NCBI GenBank assembly: GCA_039630415.1
Contig: JBCNVB010000025.1
Location: forward strand, 75,419-139,418
DNA length: 64,000 bases
Reading direction: 5' to 3'
Origin: a bacterium
GTDB lineage: Bacteria; DRYD01
Part shown: one piece after another, positions 37,267 to 49,100 of the stretch
Layout: each line of letters opens with the position of its first letter
How positions within the stretch are numbered: the stretch's first letter is position 1
Notes under the pieces: model-generated
The model's database searches: none
The model's input: only the letters and a program-made list of their open reading frames with translations
Told to the model about the DNA's origin: nothing
Program-made: the position numbers and the translations under genes

Positions 37267-40200
37267 ATGAATTCAAAAGGTTTATCATTATTGGAACTGA
37301 TAGTGGGTGTATTGATAATAACGTTGATGTTTGCTATATCAGTACAGCTGTTTTATACTTTTATCAGCATCCAATATTTGATAGATTCAAGGATACATCA
37401 ACATATAGAACAGTGTTTTTTGAATTGAAGAAAGCGATAAAAGAAGCGAATGAGGTGAAGAATATATACAATTTAGCAACTGTAAGTGCGATATACTTGC
37501 AGGTAAGAAATAGAATATATGGTTATAGGTTAAGAAGGGACTTACCTATATTACAAAGAAGGTTAGAGAAATCGGTAGATGGTGGATATGCATGGTATTT
37601 TATACCCAATACGGAAAATATAGAGGACATAAGATTTATTGCCTCTATTCCATATTCACAATCGAAAGCTGTATTTGTGAATATCAAAATGGGATATTCA
37701 AAAGCAAGATTTACAAATACTCATAATTTTGTAGCTTTACTGAGATCTAAGTATTATTCTGAGTCTTCTCAAAATTATGCTATTGCAGCTACAATACGTA
37801 CAGTAATCCAGGACGGTAATAACCGCTATTTCAGAGATCATCTGCAGGTTATTTTCTCACGTAATCTAGATAATCTTCCCAATCCTATAGTTTATTCTTT
37901 ATTTCGTGTTGTTCCTGATTATAATGTATTTTACAAAACAATAGATTCATTTATCAATTCATACAATCTGATTTTTACTATTAGTCCTTACAATCCTCCC
38001 TCAGGTTATGATACATATATGAATATAGCAAAAATAACAAGGCAAAGTATTTATTCTCCGATGAGTTATGAAATGGTTACGTCTATGTCAAGTTATGATC
38101 CTACTTATCATTTAGGGAGAAGTCCTTATTTAAATGCTGAAGAGGAAGCAGATGCCATCAAAGCTATAGTAGTTGGTAATTACATATACACTGTGTATTC
38201 GACAATGGAAATAATATATACCCCCTCGGCAAATTCTTCAAGTAGTACGCATCATTATTCTATATATTTAGCATATAAGAAGCATATTCCAAATTACTGG
38301 AATACGAATATCTCTACTCCTTGGGTGAAGAGAAAGATATTTAGTATAGCTGTTCCAGAATATACAGGTAACCTGCCAATACCGATTATGAGATCAGTAA
38401 GAATGGTATATGGTCAAGTGGGGAGTAACAGATTCCATGTGACATTTATTTTGGAAAGATTAATCGGGGCTGGAACTGCGGTTTCTAGAAGGGATATATA
38501 CTATTTAGCTAGTCCAGATGGAGTAAACTGGAGTGTGGTAAACATAGATGATAGTTTGGGGCAAGATAATATATACCCTTTAGATGTAATACCTCTGTTT
38601 GGTGATTTAAATGGGACTACAAACAAGCTACATATGGTTTACATAAATGCGACTAATCCGAGTGATTTAATGAATAGCTCACTTGAGCTGGCTTATACTT
38701 CTACGTCAAACGGTGTGGCATTTGTTGCACCTCAAATATGGAACACATGGTCTCAGAATCCGCCACTTTATAGAAATTTCATTGCTACCTCGATTCAAAT
38801 GAGGGGCTATGCGGATATGGAGGCTTTTATACATAACGGACAGATACATGTGGTTATAGTTAATAGACATGTTCAGTTTGTATTACATATTGCGGGGACG
38901 AATATTATTAGGACGATTTATGCAAATCTAGTGTACCTGGTTAAAGGGAATTTTAATCAATCAGCAATATTTAATGCTTATCTTCATCCACAGTATGGCT
39001 TACCAGGACCAGCAAAGTTTTTCAAAAGTGTAGCCTTGTGTGTGCTAGATCAACAAAATACGACGTATGTTCATATTTTCATGGCTGATGTAGATAGAGG
39101 CTTGTATTACATACGGGATACTGCTAACGGTATAATAGTTTCTGATTTGAATAGCCCTAGCTACGGAGGAATAACTATAATGCATTCGGATAGATATATA
39201 GGCAGCCTAGATTGTGCCTTTAAGAATGAATATATACATGTGTCCTACATAATGACAAATCCACCACTTATAGATTCTAATGGTAATCGTTATTTTGAGA
39301 TGTATAACCCAAATAACCTAATTAAACTTGGCTATACTAGAATAAGAACTAGTAATCAAGTATTTGTAGATTTGGAGATTAGTAGTTATTTTGCTAATAC
39401 GAATGGAAGTATACATGGTGATGGTGTAAGAATGCAAGATTTCCTTCGTCTTGGTTCAGTTTATCTTAATACTCTTAGGCAGTGCTTAGTTTTAACTGAT
39501 TATCTTCACATTATTGCAATAAAAAGAGCATTTTACACTTATAATGGAGCACCTGTACATGTAGGCCATCCTTTTGTAGAAGTGATACATATAAATCCTT
39601 TCTCTGAACCCCTGAATACTATGGGATCTTTTGATGCTAAAAATATTCATCCTGTGGATTCCAACAGACTTTTACACATTAACGGTTGTGATGCAAATGC
39701 TGTAACATATGTTGATACATATAGGGGTAATATAAAGGTAATACTCCCCAATCGTTCAGAAACACAGGTTATACCATATTCTACTGGTGTAGAAGCTAGT
39801 GACATAAAGGTAGTAAATGAATACATATACGTAGCATATGCAGAGGCAGTAAGAGGAAGAGGGGATGTTGTGAGGTTAGCAATAAGTAGGGATAAAGGTG
39901 AAAGTTGGTCTATACTAGACTTCAATGCTCCACGGTTTGGAATGGTACTACCGTCGCGTCAAGAAATTAGAGAAATAGCAATGGAGGTGAAAGAAAACCT
40001 AATTAACATAGTGTATTCTTCGGCTGATTCACTTTCATATACCTACCTAATAAAGAGAGTAAAACATGGTCCGGGTCAATCATTTAGTGAGGCTTATATA
40101 CCAGTTACAAATTTCGAAGCAGAACGTATAAAAACTCAACTGGATAATCAAAACAGATTGCATATTTTGGGGCGCTCAGAATACCGTATTCATGGATTTT

Positions 40201-40517
40201 TCTACGTAATTTTTGATAACAATACTAACACATTTGTTGATAATGGTTTAGGAGGTTTAACGTTAACATCTTTACCACAATATTCACAAATGTTTAGTAG
40301 AATTGGACCTGAAGCGGATATATTTGTAGAACCAAATGGAGATGTTGTGATAGTAGCAGAAACATGGAATCCACATAATAGGACGGAGGTGTATTTGTTC
40401 AAAAGGAGTCAGGGTATGTGGTTACCTCCAGTAAGAGTACCTTTTGGACCCGTGCAATTCCAACCAGGATTAGTTGAAGGAATGAATGTAAGGGCATTAA
40501 AGATAAACAGATTCTAG
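37267..40517 (+). pseudogene. Giant type IV pilin-like protein, paralog A, interrupted by a 1-nt frameshift near 37340
   Basis: SD GGAGGAGGTG sits 8 nt before ATG 37267. The leader is MNSKG|LSLLELIVGVLIITLMFAIS, in the frame of ORF 37231-37428. Homology to paralogs B and C continues in the frame of ORF 37413-40517, already from about 37338 (ISTAVLYFYQHPIFDRFKDTSTYRTVFFEL against C ISSTAVLYFYQHPTLDKFKQVSAYRTVFFEL). Adding one base restores a roughly 1083-aa protein. Confidence 0.65.
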
Positions 40518-40552
40518 AGTATTCTCGAAAGTAAGATATATAAGATGAACTC

Positions 40553-41341
40553 ATGTTAAGTATATCCATAATATTGCCAGTTTTTAATGCACAAAATTTC
40601 ATACAACACACTCTAGAACAAATAGTATCTCTTTTACGAAGTAAATCTGATGTCGACAAGGTGCAAATAATATTGGTCAATGATGGAAGCCAAGATCAAA
40701 CGCTACATGTTATGAATGAATTTATTCAGAAAAATTTTTATGACTCCAAGTTTTCATTCAATATGATATCCTACTCTAAGAATAGAAACATAGGATATGC
40801 ATTACGAAGAGGAATACAAATAGCTAAAAACGATATCATATTTATGGTTGATTGTGATTTGCCTTTTGGAATTGAGGTGATTTCAGATTCACTTCAGTTT
40901 ATAAAGGATTATGACCTTATATCTGTTGATAGAACTAAGAGAAAGGATTCCTATATAGTTCCATTGCATAGAGCTATTCTTCATGTAGGCCTTATTAAAG
41001 TGATAAAATTAATGTTTGGGAATGCGGTTGAGGGACTGGATGATTTTGTAGTTGGATTCAAGGTTATAAAAAAACATCTACTTGAAAAAATACAGGATTA
41101 TCTGTCTTCTGATACTTCTTTGTTTCATTTTGAAATTCTGCTCTTTACCAAATTAATCAATAGCTATGAAAAAAAGTACAAAATGTTTTTTTTATACCCT
41201 AAATACAACCCAAAAGCAAATCATTACTCAACCTTCACTCCTTTAAGAATTGTACGATACGTATTCAAGGTACTTATTGAATTGATTAAAATAAGGCTCA
41301 AGTTAGCAAAAATTATGAGAGAATACAACAAAAAACTATGA
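40553..41341 (+). CDS. Family 2 glycosyltransferase (polyprenyl-phosphate sugar synthase-like)
   Basis: 262 aa. Contains ISIILPVFNAQNFI, VNDGSQD and MVDCDLPF (DxD) motifs. Confidence 0.75.
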   Translation: MLSISIILPVFNAQNFIQHTLEQIVSLLRSKSDVDKVQIILVNDGSQDQTLHVMNEFIQKNFYDSKFSFNMISYSKNRNIGYALRRGIQIAKNDIIFMVDCDLPFGIEVISDSLQFIKDYDLISVDRTKRKDSYIVPLHRAILHVGLIKVIKLMFGNAVEGLDDFVVGFKVIKKHLLEKIQDYLSSDTSLFHFEILLFTKLINSYEKKYKMFFLYPKYNPKANHYSTFTPLRIVRYVFKVLIELIKIRLKLAKIMREYNKKL

Positions 41342-42627
41342 GTAAAGAAATACAATTAGAGTTTGAGGAGATTGACATAGATGGAAGTTCTATTTCGTAC
41401 CATAATTCTAGGTTAATAAAGTGCTTTGGAGTTTTACCAACTGAAAAAGCTATTGTTAAGCCAATAAAAAAGCAAAGAAACTTTATAGAGTGTATTCCAT
41501 TAGAAATAATATCCAAATCAGCGTATAGAGTAGATTATATCGAAGACCATTTCCTATCTTGCTCTCCGTGGCAAATAGCAAAATATGAATACCAAATAGA
41601 TATGAAAAGGAGTATACTAAGAAAAATTTTTGGTTTCGATATTGAACTTTTGCCTTGTTCAAAGATTACTGGATACAGGACAAAAATGGAGTATTGCATA
41701 TACTTGGATGGAATTGCTTATTTAGGGCTTTACAGAAGAGGAACTCATAAAGCTAAGTGGAAACTCGAAAAAGGATGCGTTTTAGCTCCTTCAAACCTTA
41801 ACTCTTTTGCTTTGGATATAATCTCTAGAATGAATGATTTATCAAACTATACCAAACTTTCTTCTATCAAAGGAATAGCAGTTAGACAAAGCTATTCATC
41901 TATGCAAAGTATTAATTTAATTTGCTCAATATTTGTATCAGAATATATTGATCCATCAAGTCTTAGGATACTATATCAAAACTTACAGGATTTAGTAGAT
42001 TTTGACAAGGGTATATTCTTGTTTTATTCAAATCCTAAAACTCCAGCTTACACGTTTGATGAATGCTTGTTTCATATGGGTTTAGATAGGCTTGAACAAA
42101 AGATACATGAATTAAAGATTGTTTATGGCCCCAAATGTTTCTTTCAAAATAACGTGGAAATGTTTGAGAAAGTGATATTAGATATGATGGAGTTTGTTAA
42201 TGGACAAAGTTTGGTAGATTTATATTGTGGAGTGGGTGTTATAGGATTAGCACTATCAAAAAAAGCAGAAAAAGTTTTAGGTGTGGAAATAGTTCAAGAA
42301 GCCGCAGAATTTGCAAAATTGAACTCGCAAATAAATCAAATACACAACTTCAATATCGTTAATATTCCTGTTGAAAATATTGATGAATCCTACCTTAAGC
42401 CTATAGTAGTTGTAGATCCTCCGAGAAATGGTTTACACCCAAGGGTTATAAAAGCTCTTTTGAAGTATAAACCGGAAAGGATAATATATCTTTCTTGTAA
42501 TCCTGTAACACAAGCTAGAGACTATAAAATCCTCAAGGATTATTATGATCTGGAATTTTTCAGAGGCTATGATTTTTATCCCAATACACCTCATGTAGAA
42601 AGTTTATTGGTACTCAAGGGAAATTAA
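41338..42627 (+). CDS. SAM-dependent RNA (uracil-5)-methyltransferase, TrmA/RlmD family
   Basis: 429 aa. Contains VDLYCGVGVIGLALS (SAM motif I), VVVDPPRNGL and IIYLSCNPVTQARD (catalytic Cys context). I did not see the N-terminal 4-Cys Fe-S cluster of RlmD. Confidence 0.8.
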   Translation: MSKEIQLEFEEIDIDGSSISYHNSRLIKCFGVLPTEKAIVKPIKKQRNFIECIPLEIISKSAYRVDYIEDHFLSCSPWQIAKYEYQIDMKRSILRKIFGFDIELLPCSKITGYRTKMEYCIYLDGIAYLGLYRRGTHKAKWKLEKGCVLAPSNLNSFALDIISRMNDLSNYTKLSSIKGIAVRQSYSSMQSINLICSIFVSEYIDPSSLRILYQNLQDLVDFDKGIFLFYSNPKTPAYTFDECLFHMGLDRLEQKIHELKIVYGPKCFFQNNVEMFEKVILDMMEFVNGQSLVDLYCGVGVIGLALSKKAEKVLGVEIVQEAAEFAKLNSQINQIHNFNIVNIPVENIDESYLKPIVVVDPPRNGLHPRVIKALLKYKPERIIYLSCNPVTQARDYKILKDYYDLEFFRGYDFYPNTPHVESLLVLKGN

Positions 42628-42702
42628 GACTGGAAAGACTAAATTAATAGGGGGATCCAAGCTATCAAATCATTGAAAATATCCCTAAGAGAGGTGTTAA
42701 GC

Positions 42703-45700
42703 TTGTTAGGTAAAGTATTATCACGAAAGGGTATATCATTATTGGAATTGATAGTAGGGGTAGTTATACTAGGATTGGTATTTTCAATATCATCCACGAC
42801 AGTTTTTTATCTATATCAACATCCTATGCTGGATAGATTTAAACACACCTCGGCATATAGAACAGTATTTTTTGAGTTAAGCAAGATGGTAAAGGAAGCA
42901 AATGAAGTGAAAAACATATACAATACGTCAGCGGTAAGTGCAATATACCTGCAAGTAAGAAATAACTTATATGCTTATAGGATAAGAAGAAATGTGCCGA
43001 TAGTACAAAGGAGATTGGAAAAATCTACGGATGGAGGTCATAGTTGGTTTATATTGTCAAATACTGCAGGAATTGAGGATATAGTGTTTAGAGCAACAAC
43101 TCCTTATCAAAATGCGAAAGTGGTATTGGTATCAATCAAAATGAATAGTGTATCCAAAAAGCTGTTAACGAATCATGAATTTGCTGTTTTGTTAAGGAAA
43201 AAGCATTCATATCAAGCCGGAGGAGGTAGTGGTGGAGGAGGTGGTGGCGGTGGTGGGGGTGGAAGTACAGACCCAATAACAGGACAGTATATTTTCTCTG
43301 GAATGATGAGAAGATTAACAACTACTTCATCAGGTAACTGGATTGTAAGCTACGGTATACAATTGGTAACAGGAAGTAGTTCAACTTCTTTTGGTTTACC
43401 ATCAACTATTTATTCTTACTCTATTTCTCAACTAATCCATGCTAATGATCCATTTCCATACTCAAACATAGATACCTTTATAAATACGGCTAATAATACA
43501 CAGAATATAGCTTTTCCAATTCTTTCTGTTCCTGATAATATAAGACCTATGTCGTATACACCAAGAACTATGTATAGATTTACAAGGCCTAGTAATAGTA
43601 GTCAGGTGACGGGTCAGGTAGTGAGTAATATTCAGGAATTTTTCCCTTCATATGGTAGTGCAAGGTTATCGGATATGAGTCCGAACCAGGATCCTGATAC
43701 ATTTGAGTTAATAGTAGTTGGTAATTATTTGTATACGGTATATGCTGTAAAGGAAATAGTATATGATCCTCAACCTTCTACGAGCTATACTAGATACTCA
43801 AATTCTATTTATTTTGCATATCGGAGAAATGTACCTAATTATTGGCAAACGAATACAAGAGTGTCATGGGTAAAGAGGAGGATATTTTCCATAGTAAGCA
43901 CTGAAAGTACAAGTACACCACTGACAACTGTAAATTACAACATTATCTCTGTAAGGATGGTGTATGGGCAAGTAGGAACAAATAGATTCCATGTAACCTT
44001 TATTCTCGATACTAACAACACTAATCCCAATCCGCAAACAAGAGATATATACTATTTGGGAAGCCCAGATGGAATAAATTGGACATCAAGAAGTATAGAT
44101 GATCAATTTGCAAGTGATAATATATATCCTCTTGCGGTGGTACCTTTAGTAGGGAATATAGGTGGTAATCCGGATACTCTACATTTGGTGTATACTTTGA
44201 GTAATCTTAGTAACCCTCAGCAAGCATCAATTGGTTATACATCTACAAGTAATACCATCAACTATAGAACACCAGAGTTATGGAATGATAGTACTTCGAT
44301 TGGTTTGCGACCTTTATACAGGGGAACTAGCAGTCTACCATTTTATATAAACAATTTTATAGATATGGAAGCGGTAATATTCAACAATGAGATACATATA
44401 GCAATAGGTTGTGAATCAATAACAGTTCCTTCAAACCCTTCAATAAGAGCAAACCTGGTATACATGGTAAAGAGTAATGTTAATAGTGGTGCAGTATACA
44501 ATAACTACTACAATCTTGATGCTGTTAGGTTTAGGAGTGTAACTATTTCACTAGGTAGATTCGTAGGTATTGATTTTGTAAATATATTCGCTGCTGGCTT
44601 AAATAGAGGTCTACATTACATCAGAGCTGATATAAATTCAATAAGAAGTATGGATCTAAATGTCCAACAAGGTTTTGTACTACCTGATTTCAATACTACA
44701 TATGTATGTAGTTTAGATTCAGTATATGCTGGTGGATATTTACATGTTTCTTTCATAAGTACACCATCTGGTAATGTCCAGTCAGGTACCTTTAATCCAG
44801 GAATACAATTATCACTAGATTACATTAGAATATCACATCCTAACCAACCTTATCAAAGGATAGCAGGTAATACCATCAGTGCTAATTTAACAGCGAACAA
44901 TAATAGTGTTGATAACCAAGCTTTACCTTCAGTGTATCTATCATATGCATTAAGGCAGGCAATAGCTGTATCAAATTATCTCCATATACTGTTTATAAAT
45001 CAATCAATTGGTGAAGTACTATATATAAATCCTATGAATGCTAGTTTACCTTCCAGTATGTCTTTTGATACAATAGCTGTTCATCCAGTAGATAGGTCCC
45101 TTAGAATAAATACTTTAAGTTTTGATAATTCAGTTATTAGTTATAGTTGTTATAATGGTAGTGGTCCGCCTTCTGCACTTGATACTCGTATAGGTACTCT
45201 CAAAGTAATATTAGCTAATCGAGATATTACTGAAGCGGATGGTAATAGGAATGTTAGTACAATGTTTGTAAATTCTGATGGTTCTAGAACTTGCGGATAC
45301 TATAATGATGTGCAGGTAGTGGGTAATGCGATATACGTAGCATATTCAGAGCTATTGAGTCCATCGATGTTAAGGTTAAAGATGGCAGTGAGTAGGGATA
45401 ATGGACAAACATGGCAAACATCGGTAGTAAATAACTCTGATAGTGGATGGCACATAGATTTAAAAGTTAGAGGATCTATAATAAATATAACTCACTCGGA
45501 TAGTTACGGTAGGCTGATGGTAACTAAAAGGGTAGGAAATAATTGGGTTAATTTTCAACCCCCAAATCAAACGAATAATGTTTTGAATAGAGCATTTTTA
45601 GATAATCAAAATAGATTACATATACTTAGCTTTTCTTCGGTGTACTTCGCTCGTACTGTTACTCATTCAAATCTTGTGTTTAGCCCACCTATAGCTTATT

Positions 45701-46017
45701 ACAGAGTCTTTGATAATAATACAAATACTTTCCTAACAAATACAGGATTGGTAGGAGATGATCTAATGTCAGTACCTATACATTCACAAATGTTTAGTTC
45801 GATAGGAACGTATGGAGACATATTTGTTCAACCGGATGGGACTGTTTTAATACTGACGAATGCCACTCCAGCAGGAGAAACATATGCTTCTGTGTATTTG
45901 CTTGTAAGGGATAGTAGCGGAGTATGGAGACAACCTATACCTATTAATTTCGGGATTGGAAGTTCTACCTCATTCCTACGATATGAAACACTTCATCTGA
46001 GAATTAATAGGTTTTAG
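42703..46017 (+). CDS. Giant type IV pilin-like protein, paralog B (prepilin leader, pilin-like domain, poly-Gly linker, Asp-box/propeller-like module)
   Basis: The ORF is open from 42673. TTG at 42703, 6 nt after GAGGTG, gives the leader (M)LGKVLSRKG|ISLLELIVGVVILGLVFSI, colinear with the ATG-initiated leader of paralog C. Asp-box-like STDGGHSW lies at 43024-43047 and SRDNGQTW at 45391-45414. The Gly linker is at 43219-43266. Confidence 0.75.
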   Translation: MLGKVLSRKGISLLELIVGVVILGLVFSISSTTVFYLYQHPMLDRFKHTSAYRTVFFELSKMVKEANEVKNIYNTSAVSAIYLQVRNNLYAYRIRRNVPIVQRRLEKSTDGGHSWFILSNTAGIEDIVFRATTPYQNAKVVLVSIKMNSVSKKLLTNHEFAVLLRKKHSYQAGGGSGGGGGGGGGGGSTDPITGQYIFSGMMRRLTTTSSGNWIVSYGIQLVTGSSSTSFGLPSTIYSYSISQLIHANDPFPYSNIDTFINTANNTQNIAFPILSVPDNIRPMSYTPRTMYRFTRPSNSSQVTGQVVSNIQEFFPSYGSARLSDMSPNQDPDTFELIVVGNYLYTVYAVKEIVYDPQPSTSYTRYSNSIYFAYRRNVPNYWQTNTRVSWVKRRIFSIVSTESTSTPLTTVNYNIISVRMVYGQVGTNRFHVTFILDTNNTNPNPQTRDIYYLGSPDGINWTSRSIDDQFASDNIYPLAVVPLVGNIGGNPDTLHLVYTLSNLSNPQQASIGYTSTSNTINYRTPELWNDSTSIGLRPLYRGTSSLPFYINNFIDMEAVIFNNEIHIAIGCESITVPSNPSIRANLVYMVKSNVNSGAVYNNYYNLDAVRFRSVTISLGRFVGIDFVNIFAAGLNRGLHYIRADINSIRSMDLNVQQGFVLPDFNTTYVCSLDSVYAGGYLHVSFISTPSGNVQSGTFNPGIQLSLDYIRISHPNQPYQRIAGNTISANLTANNNSVDNQALPSVYLSYALRQAIAVSNYLHILFINQSIGEVLYINPMNASLPSSMSFDTIAVHPVDRSLRINTLSFDNSVISYSCYNGSGPPSALDTRIGTLKVILANRDITEADGNRNVSTMFVNSDGSRTCGYYNDVQVVGNAIYVAYSELLSPSMLRLKMAVSRDNGQTWQTSVVNNSDSGWHIDLKVRGSIINITHSDSYGRLMVTKRVGNNWVNFQPPNQTNNVLNRAFLDNQNRLHILSFSSVYFARTVTHSNLVFSPPIAYYRVFDNNTNTFLTNTGLVGDDLMSVPIHSQMFSSIGTYGDIFVQPDGTVLILTNATPAGETYASVYLLVRDSSGVWRQPIPINFGIGSSTSFLRYETLHLRINRF
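43219..43266 (+). repeat. (GGN)n glycine-codon tract encoding GGGSGGGGGGGGGGGS
   Basis: The sequence ggaggaggtagtggtggaggaggtggtggcggtggtgggggtggaagt is a G-rich island in an AT-rich gene. It sits at the junction between the conserved N-module and the large C-module of paralog B. Confidence 0.85.
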
Positions 46018-46100
46018 TAGTTATCTATTAGGGAAATTAGAATCTGAAAAGCTAAAATTAATTTGGAGAATCTAGTTTATCTTGAAAAGGGGGGTTAATA

Positions 46101-49100
46101 ATGCTAGATAAAGTAAAATTACAAAAGGGAATATCGTTATTGGAGTTGATAGTAGGTGTAGTTATATTGTTATTGATATTTTGGATATCGTCCACAGCAG
46201 TTCTATATTTTTATCAGCATCCTACACTAGATAAATTCAAACAAGTATCTGCATATAGGACAGTATTTTTTGAGTTAAACAAGGTGATAAAGGAAGCCAA
46301 TGAGGTGAAAAATATCTACAATACATCAGTAGTGAGTGCAATATACTTACAAGTAAGGAACGACTTATATGCTTATAGGATAAGAAGAAATGTGCCGATA
46401 GTACAAAGGAGATTGGAAAAATCTACGGATGGGGGGCATAGTTGGTTTATATTGTCAAATCCTGCAGGAATTGAGGATATAGTGTTTAGAGCAACAACTC
46501 CTTCTCAAGATGCGAAAGTGGTATTGGTATCAATCAGAATGAATAGTGTATCCAAAAAGTTGTCAACAAATCATGAATTTGCTGTTTTGTTAAGGAAAAA
46601 GCATTCATATCTAGCTGGAGGAAGCGGAAATAATGACCCATTAATAGGCGAGTATATTTTATCTGGAATGGCTAGAACATCTTATCCTTATTTTTATCAT
46701 TCTAACCCTAGAGCTATTGATTACAATATACAATTAGTAACAGGAAATAGTTTAAATTCTTTTGGTATGCCAAGAACTATCTATTTTTACTATCATCCTT
46801 ACGATAATGATCCTCCACAAAACCATTTTCCACACTCAAACATAGATACCTTCGTAAACATGGCTGATAATACATATAATCTTGTTTTCCCCATCCTTCA
46901 TTTTAATACTAATTCGCGTAATAATTTTTTTTCTCGAGGAGCTACAACAGATGAACCAAAAGTTATGTGTAGATTTATGAAGTCTAGTAATAATTCTCAA
47001 ATAAATAGTTACATGGCTAGTAATATCCGGGAGTTTTCACCTTCATATGATTTAGGATCAGTATCTGCTGAACTGATTGTAGTTGGTAATTATTTATATA
47101 CAGTGTATGCTGTAACGGAGGTTGTGTATGATCCTCAAGCTGGAGCACCAGGTGCTACTAGGTACTCACATTCAATATATTTTGCTTATAGAAAAAATGT
47201 ACCTAATTATTGGCAAACGAATACAAGAGTGTCATGGGTAAAAAGAAAAATATTCTCCATAAATGAACCTTCACATATTTCACATATAGGAGATAGGCAA
47301 TACAGTATTAGTTCAGTAAGGATGGTATATGGGCAAGTAGGATCAAATAGATTTCATGTAACATTTATTCTGGATAGTCATGTCTTTACTTTAGGCCATG
47401 ATAACGATACTAATCGAATTCTACATACAGATATATACTATCTAGGAAGTCCAGACGGTATAAATTGGACTGGGAGAAGTATAGATGATCAATTTGGAAA
47501 TGATAACATATATCCGCATAGGGTAGTACCTTTGATAGGAAATATAGGTGGTAACTCGGACACTCTACATATAGTGTATGCTTTCGGAAATCCTTATACA
47601 TCAATCGGTTATACATCTACGAGTAACACTATCAACTATAGACCACCGCAAGTATTGAATTACGGTAGTTTATACCCTTTATACAAGGGAGGTGTCAGTG
47701 TACCATTTTACATAGTTGATTTTTCTGATATGGAAGCTGTAATATACAATAATGCGATACATATAGTGATAGGTTGTAGATCACTACTAACGGTTCCCCT
47801 ACACTTTTCAATAGCAAATTTAGTATACATGGTAAAAAATAACGTTAACACTAGTGCAATATACAATGACTACTTCAATTCTAGGGCTGAAATTTTTAAA
47901 AGTGTAACTATTTCAGTAGGTAGATTTGCAGGCACTGATTTTGTAAACATATTTGCTGCTGGATATAGAGATGGATTACATTATATTAGAGCTGACATAA
48001 ATTCAATAATAGGCATGGACTTGTATTCACAAGGTTTTGAACTAAACGAATTTCGAGATCTTTTTATATCAAGTTTGGATTCAGTATATGCTGACGGTTA
48101 TTTACATGTTTCTTTTCTAATAGGTTATTGGGATACGAGATTTCACCAACCTCCACCTAGTGAGTTAGCTCTAGACTACATAAGAATATCACATCCATAT
48201 CAACCTTACCAAAGAATAGCAAATCGAAATATCAGTTTGAATTTAACATTAAGCAATAATACTGTTGATTACCAACCTTTGGATTTAGGAACTGTATCTA
48301 GTCCATTTATGCAAGCAATAGCAGTGTCAAATTATCTCCATATATTGTTTATAGATGATTTAATTGGTGAGGTTATGTATATACATCCTAGAAGTACTAA
48401 TCTGCCTTCTACGAATTCTTTTGATACTATTGCTGTTCATCCAGCTGATAAACCCATTAGAATAAATACTCTAAGTTCTGATAGCGGAGTTATTAGTTAT
48501 AGTTGTTATAATCCTTATATTCCTTATAGTCATCTTAATAATTATGATTTTATATATGCTTCACTGAATCCTTATGCAGGTACTCTTAAAGTAATTCTGC
48601 CTAATCACGACATTACTGAAGTCGACGGTAATAGAAATGTAAGTACAACGTTTATGGATTCGGAAGGTGCTAGAACCTGTGGATACTACAATGATATACA
48701 AGTAGTAAATAACGCAATATATGTAGCATACTCTGAATTGGTCATAACTCCATCAAAGAGGTTAAGGTTAAAAATGGCAGTGAGTGAGGATAATGGACAA
48801 ACTTGGAAAACTTCAGTAATAAATAACTCCGATAGTGCTTGGTTCATAGATTTGAAAATCAAAGGAAGTATAGTAAACATAACACACTCAGATAGTCAAG
48901 GTAGATTAATAGTAACCAAGAGGATGGGTAATAGTTGGGTTAATTTTCAGCCTCCAAATCAGACGGTTAACGTTTTGAATAGAACATTCTTGGATAATCA
49001 AAATAGATTACATATACTTAGTTTTTCTTCTATGTACTTTGCTCATAGTACTGCTTATAATAATAGGTATAGCCCGCCTGCTACTTATTACAGAATTTTT

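Noticed and set aside
37413-37415. GTG at 37413 as the genuine start of paralog A, as suggested by the ORF track.
   Set aside because: Homology to paralogs B and C continues about 75 nt upstream of this codon in the same frame, and the matching prepilin leader lies in the other frame. The split is a frameshift rather than a real start.
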